Below are positions 1-14,130 of a stretch of DNA of 64,000 bases, one piece after another. The stretch spans positions 13,206,001-13,270,000 of the forward strand of contig NC_043003.1 in the NCBI RefSeq assembly GCF_006345805.1. Direction: 5' to 3'. Both the position numbers and the translations under genes were made by a program. The notes under the pieces were generated by a model. The model was not told where the DNA came from, did no database searches, and saw only the letters and a list, made by a program, of their open reading frames with translations. Numbering within the stretch: position 1 is the first letter of the stretch; every line of letters begins with the position of its first letter. The stretch is from Octopus sinensis. Lineage: Eukaryota.

Positions 1-369
1 TACACATATATATTTCTTTACTACCCACAAGGGGCTAAACACAGAGGGGACAAACAAGGACAGACAAAGGGATTAAGTCGACTACATCGACCCCAGTGCG
101 TAACTGGTACTTAATTTATCGACCCCGAAAGGATGAAAGGCAAAGTCGACCTCGGCGGAATTTGAACTCGGAACGTAACGACAGACGAAATACGGCTACG
201 AATTTCGCCCGGCGTGCTAATGTTTCTACCAGCTCGCCGCCTTATTTACACATATACATTTACACATATACATACCCACACACACACACGCGTATATATA
301 CCAATACACGCACAATTATGTTCCTATACACATCTCTGCATGCGCATGCACAATTATTGTAGTGTGATT

Positions 370-856
370 ATGATGGTGGAGGTGGTGATGGCGGCAGCGG
401 CAGCAGTGGTGGTGGCAGTGGTGGTGGTTGTGGTGGTGGTGGTGGTGGTCGTGGTGGCTGCGGTGGTGGTGGTGGTCGTGGTCATGGTCATCGTGGTCGT
501 GGTGGCTGCAGTGGTGGTGGCAGTGGTGGCGGTTGTGGTAGTGGTGGTGGTGGTCGTGGTGGCTGCGGTGGTGGTGGTCGTGGTCATGGTCATCGTGGTC
601 GTGGTGGCTGCAGTCGTGGTGGCAGTGGTGGCGGTTATGGTAGTGGTGGTGGTGGTCGTGGTGGCTGCGGTGGTGGTCGTCGTCGTTGTTGTCGTCGTCG
701 TGGCTGCAGTGGTGGCGGTTGCGGTAGTGGTGGTGGTGGTGGTGGTGGTGGCTGCGGTGGTGGTGGTGGTGGTGGTGGTGGCTGCGGTGGTGGTGGTGGT
801 GGTGGTGGTGGCTGCGGTGGTGGTGGTGGTGGTGGTGGTGGTGGTGGTGGTGGTGA
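370..856. repeat. (GTG/GTC/GCG)n compound trinucleotide microsatellite; similar tracts 33647-33955 and 42648-42757
   Basis: Direct reading; produces spurious poly-V, poly-T and poly-P ORFs. Confidence 0.95.
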
Positions 857-906
857 CAATGCTTTCAAATATTTTTCTAATTTCTTCCCCCATTCTATTT
901 ATACAG

Positions 907-1053
907 AACCAAACAGCAAATTTGATTGTTCATTTGAAAATGGATTCTGTAGTTGGGGTCAGTCGAGAAATGACATATTTAACTGGACATTACAACAAGG
1001 ACCCACTGACAGCTCCGGTACTGGACCAAATGTTGACCATACTTATGGTTCAA
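907..1053 (+). CDS. Exon 1 in window, MAM1 N-term ([48 protein letters not shown])
   Basis: tttatacag acceptor, gtaagt donor, 147 nt, phase 1-1. Confidence 0.93.
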
Positions 1054-1273
1054 GTAAGTGAAATATATTTTCTTTTGGTTGGAAATATAAATAATAGTGT
1101 CTCATAAAATTGGTTATGTGCAAATGTAATAAGTATGATGTAATATACACTTGCATATACAAACATTTCTGTCTATTTATCATTCTTCCTATCTATCCAC
1201 CAATCAATCTACATACATAATATATATACAAATATATATACATGTATATATACAGGTATATATATATACATAC

Positions 1274-1304
<31 letters not shown>

Positions 1305-1889
1305 ATTATATATATATATATATATAATATATATATATATAAAAATATATATATATAATATATGTATGTATGTATGTATTTATGTATATATATATATATA
1401 TATAAACTTACTGGGAAATGAATGTGTGGCATTCAATCAAATAATAATATACATAATATGTTTATATTATTTATATTATTATTTTGCCATTCAATGCCCG
1501 AAATGAGGAGTAGATAGGCAACCAACAACTAATGAAGGGTCGTTCTTTACATTACTTGTCCTGTTTTCCATTTGTTTCTCTCGCTCTGTGTGTATTCAAC
1601 TCATTTGTTTTCATATTTCATGTTGTTTACAATTTATGACGTCCTGCATCCATACATGCATATATTTATATATATGCATATATATATTATTTATATATTA
1701 TATATATATATATATATAGAAGGAGCTTCTACAGGACTAGAACTGTTTCATTCAAGAGAAATGAAGATTTCTCTTGAATGAAACAGTTCTAGTACTGTAG
1801 AAGCTCCTTCTATATAATAAATTAATTTTACTCTGCTATGTATTGAGTACCTTATTTACTGTGGTTAACCCCGAATCAACCCGGGACCT

Positions 1890-1920
<31 letters not shown>

Positions 1921-4900
1921 CATCATGTTGTTATATATCAAATATATATATGTATATATGTGTATGTATGCACATATATGCTTATATGTGTATATATATA
2001 TACATATATATATATATTATATATATATATATATATAAAATTATAAATGAGGGTGAAAAATCGATATTAATTTAATAATACCGTCAATTTAACACCAAGT
2101 GGCTTAGCACAAAAAACTACGGAGGAAATACAAATTTATACATAAATTATTAGAGAGTTATCCACTATGTGGATAACTCTAGTGCTAAAAATAGCTCCGA
2201 AGCAACCACAGAAGATCCGTTTCCAACTAGAATCAACACACATTTAACTGAAGGAAAGTGAAATACAACGAATAAAATAGATTGACTCTATACAATTGCA
2301 TTTCTGACAAACTCTACCGAAGATTTATAGATGCAAGTGTAAGTAAAACTACATATTGCATTAGTAATGAAACAATTGTATAGAGTCAATCTATTTTATT
2401 CGTTGTATTTCACTTTCCTTCAGTTAAATGTGTGTTGATTCTAGTTGGAAACGGATCTTCTGTGGTTGCTTCGGAGCTATTTTTAGCACTAGAGTTATCC
2501 ACATAGTGGATAACTCTCTAATAATTTATATATATATATATATATATATGAGTATATGTATGTATATTTATGTATATTTATGTGTCTATGTGACTTTGTG
2601 TTTATGTATACATGAATTTAACTATGCATACTTTTTACTGTCTATTTTCAGAGAAAGGCCACTATATTTATATTGAGTCCTCTTACCCACGTAAAAGGGG
2701 AGATACGGCAATCCTAACCTCTGCATCATTCAGTAAAAACATTAATTATACTTTAGAATTCTACTATCATATGTACGGGTCAACAATTGGAGGACTGAAT
2801 GTTACAATGGTAAGACAATTTGTTGCTAATTTATTCTTTACAAGATGCCTTATAATTTTCTTAAATAAACACTGGGCTACAAAACATTCCATATATTCAT
2901 AATACACCAGCATGGCCTACTGGCAACAACACTTTTCTCTGAACTTTTGGATTATTTTCTTCCTCATATTTGATAAGGAGAATCTTGCCCAAAATATCAT
3001 AGAGGTATTAAATAATATATATGCATTGTCATTCATTTCTAATCTTGAGTGAAAACATGTTCAGCTATAGGAGAAGATTTCCTAGCCTGAAAACTGATCA
3101 AAGTTGGCAGCAGGAAGAGCATCCAGTCTTAGTTCTTTGAGTTATTAGAATGAAGGATGAAGTGTCATTAAATTGTGATTTGATCCATGCTGTCTCCAAA
3201 ATAAGTGAAGCCACTGTACTTGAATATCTATATATGCACACATATGCATCAACAGATGCACACACACACGTACACACACACACACATGTGCAAACACATT
3301 TTCTCTCACACATTTACTCAGAGTCCATGCACAACAGTGCACACATACACAAGCATACACCCACACAACACTCATACACACATACACTCTCTCTCTCTCT
3401 CTCTCTCTCCTGCCCTTTCTCCCTCCCTCTCTGCCATGTATTCCCACTCACATCCATGTAAATAAAAACAAAGAACCTTTTAACTAGGAGACATAGAGAC
3501 CTAAAACAAATCCGGTGCAGAGAGAGTGTCATTGATGAGATTGTGAAGAGCAACAAAATGACAAACCAGACTGATTGATTGACCAAATGATTAATCAAAC
3601 AATGGATTAGTTAAATCATTGGATGGTTAACCAATTGACACGCAAAAAATAAAAGAAGTGAAATAGAACCAATGTGTGTTTATTATTGGCATAAAGATCC
3701 TCCCAAGATACTGCAAAATGTTTCAACTCACAACTTCACTTCGAGAATTTTACAAGTCAAATACAATATAAAATACGGTGGGCTTCTTTCAGTTTCTGTC
3801 TACTAAAAGGTTTAGATCAGCCCAGTTCTGTAGTAGAAGACACTTACCCAAGGTGTCATGCAGTGGAATTGAACCCAAGACCACATGGTTGGGAAACAAA
3901 CTTCTTGACCACACAACCATGCATGTGTCTATATTGATTATATATTAGGTCATTAAGAATAAAATGTACGATTTTGAACTGAAAGTTTATTTTACTTTAT
4001 CTCAACAAAAAGCAGTGCAGTTAAACACAAATTTGTCATTTCATTGCTAGCTTAATTATGCCAGCAGCGAAGAATTCTGGAGAGCAAGAGGTGATGAAAT
4101 CACGAAAGACTGTTTTTGCATCTTCTTCAGATTTGAAGATTTTCCTTGCAAACATTTTTCTAAAGCCTGGAAAACATAATTGTCAGTTGGTGCAAGATCT
4201 GGTGAATATGGTGGATGACAGAGTACTTCCAAGTTCAGTTCCTGTAACTTGGGTAGCATTCCTTGTGCAACATGTGGTTGAGCATTGTCTTGCAAGAGGA
4301 CTGGCCTGTCTCTATTGAGCAATCTCGGTTGTTTAATTGCAAGCTAACTCATCATTTCATCTAACTAGTTGATGTATACATCCACTGTAATTGACTTAAC
4401 AGGTCTAATGAAGCTGTAGTAGATGACACCATTAATTTTTTTTTGGTTAATATTCTTTTTTGGATTGTGTTTTGGCACTTCTCTATCCAACCACCATGCA
4501 GAACACTTGTTGTTGTTAAAAAGAATCCATTTTTCCTCACACATAACAATACAATGCAAAAATGGTTCACTTTTATGCCGTGACAGCAAAGAACAGCAAG
4601 TTTCAAGATGGCATGTCATTTGATGTGCATTCAGTTCATGTGGTATCCACTTGTCCAGCTTCATTACCTTAGCGATTTTTTTCAGGTGGTCCAGTACAGT
4701 TGGAATCGAAACATCAAACTTTGCTGCTAACTCATGCGTAGTTTGAGATATATCCGCTTCCACTACAGTTTCCAGCTCATCGTTATCCACCTTGGTCTCG
4801 GGTCTACCACGGGGCTGATTTTCAAGAGTAAAGTCACCAGACCAGACCCTTCTCAAACCATTGATGTACAGTGTACTCATTTGCCACATCTTCACCAAAC

Positions 4901-6206
4901 ACCTCATTGATGTTTCGAGCTGTCTGGGAAGCATTGGTTTCACGACGGAACCCATATTCATAAACAACACGAATTTTCGATCTGTCCATGGGTTCACAAA
5001 AATCGATTTACAAGAGAAAACTTACAATATAATCAGACACCATGAATTGCATTTCAAAAAGTGATGATGTAACTCTTCAATGTTGTAAAACAAAAAATTG
5101 TCAGGAAAAAACATTAGAGTTAACGACTGTCAAACTTGGTGCTTAAGAAAATCAAACATTTCATTTTTAATGACCTGATAATATGTTTATATATTTGTTT
5201 TGTTTATATATTTGTTTTGCAAGATTTTTGATGTGAAATCGTGTGTTGAAACAGATTTTGTTGTATTTAGGAATGGTCATTTTGCCAGTTTAGCCAATAA
5301 AAAAAAAACACACACTATATATTTGGTGTTACTTTACTTCAGCGTTATTTATTTTTTACATTAATCTTAATCTTATTTCAGCCAGAGTTCTTTCGTCACA
5401 CTCCTGAGACCGCATCAGTGGTCCTTTGCTTTCTTCTTTCTTATTTTACTTATTTCGGTCATTTGATTGCAGCACTTATATAATAATATTTTAAAGATGG
5501 TTGTTGTGTAAGGCCTACAAGAGGAAAAGAAAACAGAACGAAGCTGCAGTTCCTTTTCCCTTTTGTAATTTACTTTATACCTTCTCGCATTGTTCCGGCC
5601 TGACACAACAATTTCTTTTAGACTTATACCTCACAATGCTTCACTGAAACTACCTCATATAATAATACATTTTTTTTTTATCCAGACTTTAGATGGTCAA
5701 CAACAAAGTCAGTTGCTGTGGTCTCAACGAAGATCCCAGGCCCGTGCCTGGATCAAAGCAGAACTTTCAATTCCTCCTCAGAATGTGCCATTTGCTATTT
5801 CTTTAGTGGGGATTATTGGCTGGTCTGTGTATGGGGACATAGCCATTGATGATATCAGAGTATTTACAACAGAACAAACTGAAGGTATGACAGAATTCTT
5901 TTACTTTCATTCTTTTACTTGTTTCGGTCATTTGATTGCGGCCATGCTGGGGCAACGCCTTGAAAGGTTTATAGTCAAATGAATCGACAGCAGTACTTAT
6001 TTCTTTCTTTCCTTCATTTTTTTAAGCATGGTACTTATTTTATTGGTCTTTTTGCTGAACTGCTAAGTTACGGGGACAAAAACACACCAACACCAGTTGT
6101 CAAGTGGTGATGGTGGTACAAACACAAAGGCATACACACATAGATATATACATATACACACACACACATATATATATATACACATATATTTATATATATA
6201 TATATA

Positions 6207-6243
<37 letters not shown>

Positions 6244-6530
6244 CATGATCACCGTGACCAACCAGGCTATCAGATGTTGCTACACATCGCTGGTCATAAT
6301 GTGCTTCACATTGTTTTAGCCTTCAAATGATGCCACCCCACTTGCTAAGTGAGCAGGCTAACAGTTGTGGTGAAAGAGTACAGCAGGAATCGCGACCACT
6401 CCCTGTCGAAGCCTCATGGAGTTTTAGGTGTTTTCGTTCAATAAACACTCACAAAGCCCAGTCTGGGAATTGAAATCACGATCCTACAACCGTGAGTCCG
6501 CTGCCCTAACCACTGGGCCATTGCGCCTCC

Positions 6531-6563
<33 letters not shown>

Positions 6564-6612
6564 TATATACATATATATATACATATATATATATATGTAT
6601 ATATATATATAC

Positions 6613-6643
<31 letters not shown>

Positions 6644-6655
6644 TATATATATATG

Positions 6656-6686
<31 letters not shown>

Positions 6687-6771
6687 GTATATATATATAG
6701 TATATATATATATATGTATATATATATATGTGTATATATATATATTATATATATATATGAATATATATATG

Positions 6772-6803
<32 letters not shown>

Positions 6804-6827
6804 TGTATATGCATATATATATATATA

Positions 6828-6907
<80 letters not shown>

Positions 6908-7644
6908 ATGCATATACATATATATATAATATATACATATATATATATATGACTCAGAACTAGAGCTGGTTTCAGCCAGGTTGATTATGAAAGGGTTATG
7001 AATTGTTTTTCTATTATATAGTTTAACCATTTTGTTACCATATTTCTGTTGAGATGCTCTGCGTTTCTTTTAGTTGATTTTAAATATAACAAATAATTTA
7101 GTAAAATAACTTAGTTATCATTAAGCTAGTGTTAGGAGCATAATTTGTGACTAAGGTTTGGCAGAAAATTTTAATTAGAAACTTATGAAAACAAGACATT
7201 TGAACTCAGAGCTAGAGGTGTTTTCAGCCGGGTTGATAATGAAAGGGTTAAACCAATATATGTAATAATACAAGTGGTGAAGGCACATGGCTCAGTGGTT
7301 AGAGCAGTGTTTCTCAACTGGGGTTCCACAGAACCCTTGGGATCTACGAAAAAGAGTGAGATAAGCTAATGCTAAATTCCTGATTGTAATATTACTAGAC
7401 ATGCCCAACATATTCTTGGTTATTGTTATATTATAATATAGACACCATCCTAGCAAACCTATTATGTTATCAAAAACATATAATAACCTTTCCTTGTTTC
7501 TTTGTGTTCCTTTCTGTGGAAGAGCGTACACTCGAAACGTTAAGGACTTTTTCACTTCCCAAGCGTTATACTAATACATCTGTTTGTTGTCTACACCACC
7601 TGTTTTCGCCTTTTGTTTTTTTGTGAATTCTCCCTATATATATA

Positions 7645-7728
<84 letters not shown>

Positions 7729-10200
7729 ATATGTATATATATATATTAGACAAAATGAGATAACAAAGCCAAGGCTGTGAGGAGTTTTCAGGACATTTAT
7801 AAGGGAAAAGATATATCTATATCTTTTTCTTTATAAATGTCCTGAAAATTCCTCACAGCATTGGCATTATCTCATTTTCTTTAATATATATATGCATGCT
7901 AATACAAGACCCACATTAGACTCTTCACTCATATCACTATCAAACCAAGACTTTAACGACAGTCTGTCCATAGCACTTATATAGCATTACCTGCCACTCT
8001 TTGGGTCTTCTAGATATCAATACTTGTGAAAAACATTCGAGCGAGGTCGTTGCCAGTTCTGCTGGACTGGCTCCTGTGCAGGTGGCATGTAAAAGACACC
8101 ACTTGAGCATAGCCGTGGCCAGTACCACCTGACTGGCCCTCGTGCTGGTGGCACATAAAATCACTCTCGGAGTGGTTGGCGTTAGGAAGGGCATCCAGCT
8201 GTAGAAACTCTGCCAGATCAGATTGAAGCCTGGTGCAACCATCTGGTTCGCCAGTCCTCAATCAAATTGTCCAACCCTTGCTAGCATGGAAAGCAAACGT
8301 TTAACAATAATGATGATGATGATGATATATATGTATGATATTTACCATGTGAGCTACAATGAAAAAACATGAGAAAGCTATGGTATATAATTTTTCTTGT
8401 GCAAATATTCCTTGAGACATGTAATTTATTTTAACGATTATGCAAGGGTAAAAAGGTTTAGAAACACTGGGTTAAAGTATTGGACTCATAATCATGAGGT
8501 AGTGAGTTCGATTCCTGGACCAGGCTTTGTGTTGTGTTCTTGAGCAAGACATTTTATTTCACCTTGCTCCAGTTCACTTGTTGTAGAAATGAGAGTTGCG
8601 ATGTCACTGGCAGCCAAGCTGTATCAGCCTTTCCCTTTCCTTTGGACAACATCGGTGGCATGAAGATGGGAGGCTGGTATACATGGGTGACTACTGGTCT
8701 TCCATAAACATCCTTGCCCAGAGGGGAACACTCTAGGTACAATCCCATGGTTATTCATGACTGATGGGTTCTTTATCCTTTGCCCTAACGATACAAGCAA
8801 AAAGAAAACATCATAAACCACGAAGCCTTTAATGAGTTCAACCATACAACAAGGAATGACAACACCAAACAATGGACCCGGAGAGATATAAAAGATTCAC
8901 AGACAACAAGCATATGTTTCCATAGTCAGCTGCTTAACGAGTATCCTTATTTGTTTCTTGAAGCTGAGATGCTTTGATTCTGTCAGGAATTTGAAATACC
9001 TCTTTAATCCTTTAGCATTTAAACTGCCCGAAAGCCTAATCTAGCCAAGTGGAGGTATGTGGCTTAGCGGTTACAGTGTTGGACTAATGATCGTAAGATT
9101 GTAGTTTCATATTTCTCTATTGCCCACAAGGGGCTAAAGATAGAGGGGACAAACAAGGACAGACAAAAGGATTAAGCCGATTATATCAACCCCAGTGCAT
9201 AACTGGTACTTAATTTATCGACCCCGAAAAGATGAAAGGCAAAGTCGACCTTGGCAGAATTTGAACTCAGAACATAACGGCAGATGAAATACCTATTTCT
9301 TTACTACTCACAAGGGGCTAAACACAGAGCAGACAAACAAGGACAGACAAATGGATTAAGTCGATTATATCGACCCCAGTGCATAACTGGTACTTAATTT
9401 ATCAACCCCGAAAGGATGAAAGGCAAAGTCAACCTCGGTGGAATTTGAACTCAGAACGTATCGGCAGACGAAATACTGCTAAGTATTTCACCTAGCATGC
9501 TAACGTTTCTGCTGGCTCACAGAAGATTGTAGTTTCAATTCCTGAATCGGGTGATTGGTTGTGTCCTTGCAAAAACACTTCATTTCATGTTGCTCCAGTT
9601 CACACAGATGTAGAAATGAGTGGAGGTGCACTGCATAAGGTTTAGGGTGTGGGATTCACAACTGTAAGATTGTGGTTTCAATCCCTGGATTAGGCGATCA
9701 GTTGTGTTCTTGAGCAAAACACTTCATTTCGCATTGCTCCAGGCCACTCAGCTGTAGAAATGAGTTTAGCCTGGAGAGGGATGGGCTTTACCAGGCTTCC
9801 TCACCCTAGACATGCTGCATAGTTGCAATGCACCAACAATCCCCAAGGGGGTTAATGGACTTGTCAGTTGTCAATCCGGCCAAAATATTCTCCCTGTCTT
9901 ATGCACAAAATGACCAGATTCGACCTTTCACACCTGTCCTACAATGTCATTCAAGAAAAAATAAGCACTCACCTCATCAAAATCTCAAAGCTCCGAGATA
10001 AGTAATTTGTTGAAAATAATTTGGATAAATAAAGATTACATCTGACAGAGTAATCCGAATGCTAAAGAGTTAAGTAGTGCTAAAGAAAATGTCAGACATT
10101 TAAAATAGGTTGACATCATCGTTGTCATCATCGTCATCATAGTCATTATCATTGTCGTTGTCATCGTAAATGTCATCATCAGCAGCAGCACCATCATCAG

Positions 10201-10239
<39 letters not shown>

Positions 10240-13200
10240 TGCTATCGCCACCAGCAACATCTTCATCACTATCACCACAACCACCACCACCATCATCATC
10301 ATCAACTTTCTCATTATCACCACCTCCATCATCATCATCATCACATCATCATCATCATCATCATAACATCATCATCATCATTATCATCATCATCATCATC
10401 ATCATCGCCTTCATCATTTCCATCATCACCACCATCATCATCATCATCCTCATCATCATCATCATCGCCTTCATCATTGCCATCATCATCATCATCATCA
10501 TATCATCATCATCATTATCATCACCACCACCACTATCATCATCATCATCATTATCACCACCACCATCACCACCACCGCATTGAACTATTGAGATGATCAT
10601 CTTGATCATCATCAGATTTACCACCACCACCACCACCATAATCATAACCACTATGACCACCATAAATTGTCACCATCATCATCATCATCACCACCATTAT
10701 CAGCAACACCATCATCATCATCATCACCACTGTCATCATCATCATCATCATCATTGTCTAATTCTTTCATGTAATCGTTTCATTTTGGCAAAATGTAATT
10801 TCTCATTCAGAGGAGAAAAAAAGGGATTAAATGCTTATGTTTTATCTAAAATTTCTTTTATCAAATAAATTCTAAATAAATTTTTTATTTTCCGTTTTTA
10901 GCTCCACTTAATTGCACCTTTGAAGCATCAGGAATTTGTAAGTTTTCTACGCCCTCTAATGGTAACTATCGCTGGAAAAAGCACACAGGGATCGCAAGAT
11001 ATCCTAGCCATGCACCAAGCTTTGATCATACTTCAGGCACGCCATACGGTAAGAAGACGTTCCCTTTTCTCATTTTAGAGAAATACTTTTCGTTTTCTCT
11101 TTCGTATTCTTTCCAACATAACATCTATTCTTTTTCTCGTTCACTTGTTTCAATCATTAGACTGCAGCCATGATGGGGAGCAGGGGTGGGGGACTTTAGT
11201 TGAATGAATCAACCCCAGTGCTTATATTTTTTAACCCTGGTGCTAGATTTATTAGTCTCTTTTACTGAACTGCTCAGTTACAGGGATGTAAACACACCAA
11301 CACTGGATGTCAAATAGTGGGCAGGTGGGGACAAAGACAGATAGACAAAAAGACACATATAGATATACATATATATATCAAACTGTACTTTCTATGGATT
11401 TTGATCAAATCCCCAAAGAGTTAACAAGGGAACTCCTAACAATAATGTAAACTTCATATAATCAAGGTACCTTGGCCTGAAAAGGCCCTGAGGGGGTAGC
11501 TTGCAGTCTACCCCCTCATTTGGATCATTTACTATTTCCAGGGGTTCTACTAGCTATGAAACATATGTAGCCTGGATTTTATCTACCCTATTCCATAATT
11601 TTTGAAGATATATATATATAAGTATATATATATAAACACACGACAGGCTTCTTTCAGTTTCCATCTGCCAAATCCACTCACAAGGCTTTGGTCAGCCCAA
11701 GACTAAAGTAAAAGACACTAGCCCAAGGTGCTACAAAGTGGGACTAAACCTAGAACCATGTGGTTGGGAAGCAAACTTCTTACCACACAGCCACACCTGT
11801 GCCTACATATATATAAATACTCTTTTACTCTTTTACTTGTTTCAGTCATTTGACTGCGGCCATGCTGGAGCACCGCCTTTAGTCGAGCAAATCGACCCCG
11901 GGACTTATTCTTTGTAAGCCCAGTACTTATTCTATCGGTCTCTTTCGCCAAACCGATAAGTGACGGGGACGTAAACACACCAGCATCGGTTGTCAAGCAA
12001 TGCTAGGGGGACAAACACAGACACAGAAACACACACACAGATACATATATATACATATATACGACAGGCTTCTTTCAGTTTTTTCTACCAAATCCACTCA
12101 CAAGGCTTTGGTTGGCCCGAAGCTATAGTAAAAGACATTTGCCCAAAGTGCCACGTAGTGGAACTGAACCCAGAGCCATGTGGTTGGGAAACAAGCTTCC
12201 TACCATGCAACCATACCTATGCCTATTATTGCACAATGATCTAAAATGTCATACTTGTATGTGTATGTGATGAAATGGTTAAAATGATTGAAATCATTGT
12301 TAATTGTTAATTTATAGATATGAACTCTGTACTATGTATTGAGTGTATTGAGCACATTTTTTTTCCATTCATGTGTATACAGGCGCAGGAGTGGCTGTGT
12401 GGTAAGTAGCTTGTTTACCAACCACATGGTTCTGGGTTCAGTCCCACTGCGTGGCACCTTGGGCAAGTGTCTTCTACTATAGCCTTGGGCCGACCAAAGC
12501 ATTGTGAGTGGATTTGGTTGACGAAAACTGAAAGAAGCCCATCATATATATGTGTATATATGCGTGTATGTGTTTGTGTTCCTGTGTTTGTTACCCCTAG
12601 CATTGCTTGACAACCGATGCTGGTGTGTTTATGTCCCCTGTTACTTAGCAGTTCGGCAAAAGAGACCGATAGAATAAGTACTGGGCTTACAAAGAATAAG
12701 TCCGGGGGTTGATTTGCTTGATTAAAGGCGGTGCTCCAGCACAAGTAAAAGAGTAAAAAGAGTATACAGCATGGGCCAAAAGTAACGCACCAAAACGTTT
12801 GGCATTTTATTTTTTAAGCACTTTTCAAGTGTTGGGCCTCACATAGGCAACGACAAAAGACCTTCGATAATATGCTGTACTTGAGTAGAAAACTCATCAA
12901 ACCAAGTCAAATTGTAGTTGTAGCAGATACTGACGTCAGGCAACTCCCATTACACTCTTGGAATGGTTGGTGTTAGGAAGGGCATCCAGCTGTTGACACT
13001 ATGCCAAATCAGACCAGAATCTGGTGCAACCCCTCAGCTTACCAGCCCTGGTCAAACGTCCAACATGCCAGCATGGACAATTGACATTCAATTATGATGA
13101 TATTGATTATTATGTTATTACTTTTATTTTATTTTTCTATATTTTTTAAAATATTTTTTATATTCGTTTCTCTTTTCTGTGTATATTTTTTTGTATGTAT

Positions 13201-13855
13201 ACTTGTTTAAGCACCCAGTATTTAAGCACCCAGTAAAACATACGTTTTTCAGTTTGAAAATGGCTACTTGAAGCTTGAAACTCATATCAGAGTAACTCAT
13301 TGTAAACATTATTATTATGATTAAAATAAAAATTATCCGCTCAAAAAAGCCATCTCTACTCACTTTTTCAAATATAATACTGTGCCAAGAACTTTCTCTT
13401 TATTACTCTAATATATATGTGGGGGGGGGGGGGTGTCAAGGTAGAAAATGCTAAAATAGTTTTATAAAAAACATTTCAGTACCGGTTTCAGTCATTGAGA
13501 CTTTTTCAATTTTTCAACTGTAAGCATGGAAAACAATTAAATTTTGGAAAAATTAAAAGAAAAGTTTTCAAAAAGAATATTTGCATAGTGTTCAAAAACA
13601 AGAGAGACAGAAACAGGCAGAAACAAGGAAAATGCCACTTGTATTTGAACACTATGCAAATATTCTTTTAAAAAAACTTTTCTTTTAATTTTTCCAAAAT
13701 TTATTTGTCTTCCATGCTTACAGTTGAAAAAATCTCAATGACTTAAACCGGCACTGAAATTTATTTTATAAAATTATTTTAGCATTTTCTACCTACATAT
13801 ATATCAACTCGTGTATTCTTTTTCAACCTTCTACATATATATATATATATACATA

Positions 13856-13926
<71 letters not shown>

Positions 13927-14094
13927 GTGTGTGTGTGGATCAAAACAGTTTGATTCAAACTCCTTGGTACTCCAAGTTTCAAGCATTATGCTAATCCTCA
14001 GCTGTTGGAAATTCTTCAAGTACAAATAACTTCCAAATAAATGTGTTGAGTGCCCTTCTTTCGTTTGTCTACTCACTCATGTGTGTCTCTGTGT

Positions 14095-14130
<36 letters not shown>

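Noticed and set aside
354-893. 179-aa poly-Thr mucin-like ORF on the minus strand (also 33611..33994)
   Set aside because: It is a translation of a (GTG)n microsatellite. It is antisense to the host gene, has no splice support, and the real linkers are on the + strand.
6428-7030. YIYI-, HTHT- and CVCV-rich ORFs here and throughout
   Set aside because: Translations of (TA)n and (CA)n microsatellites.
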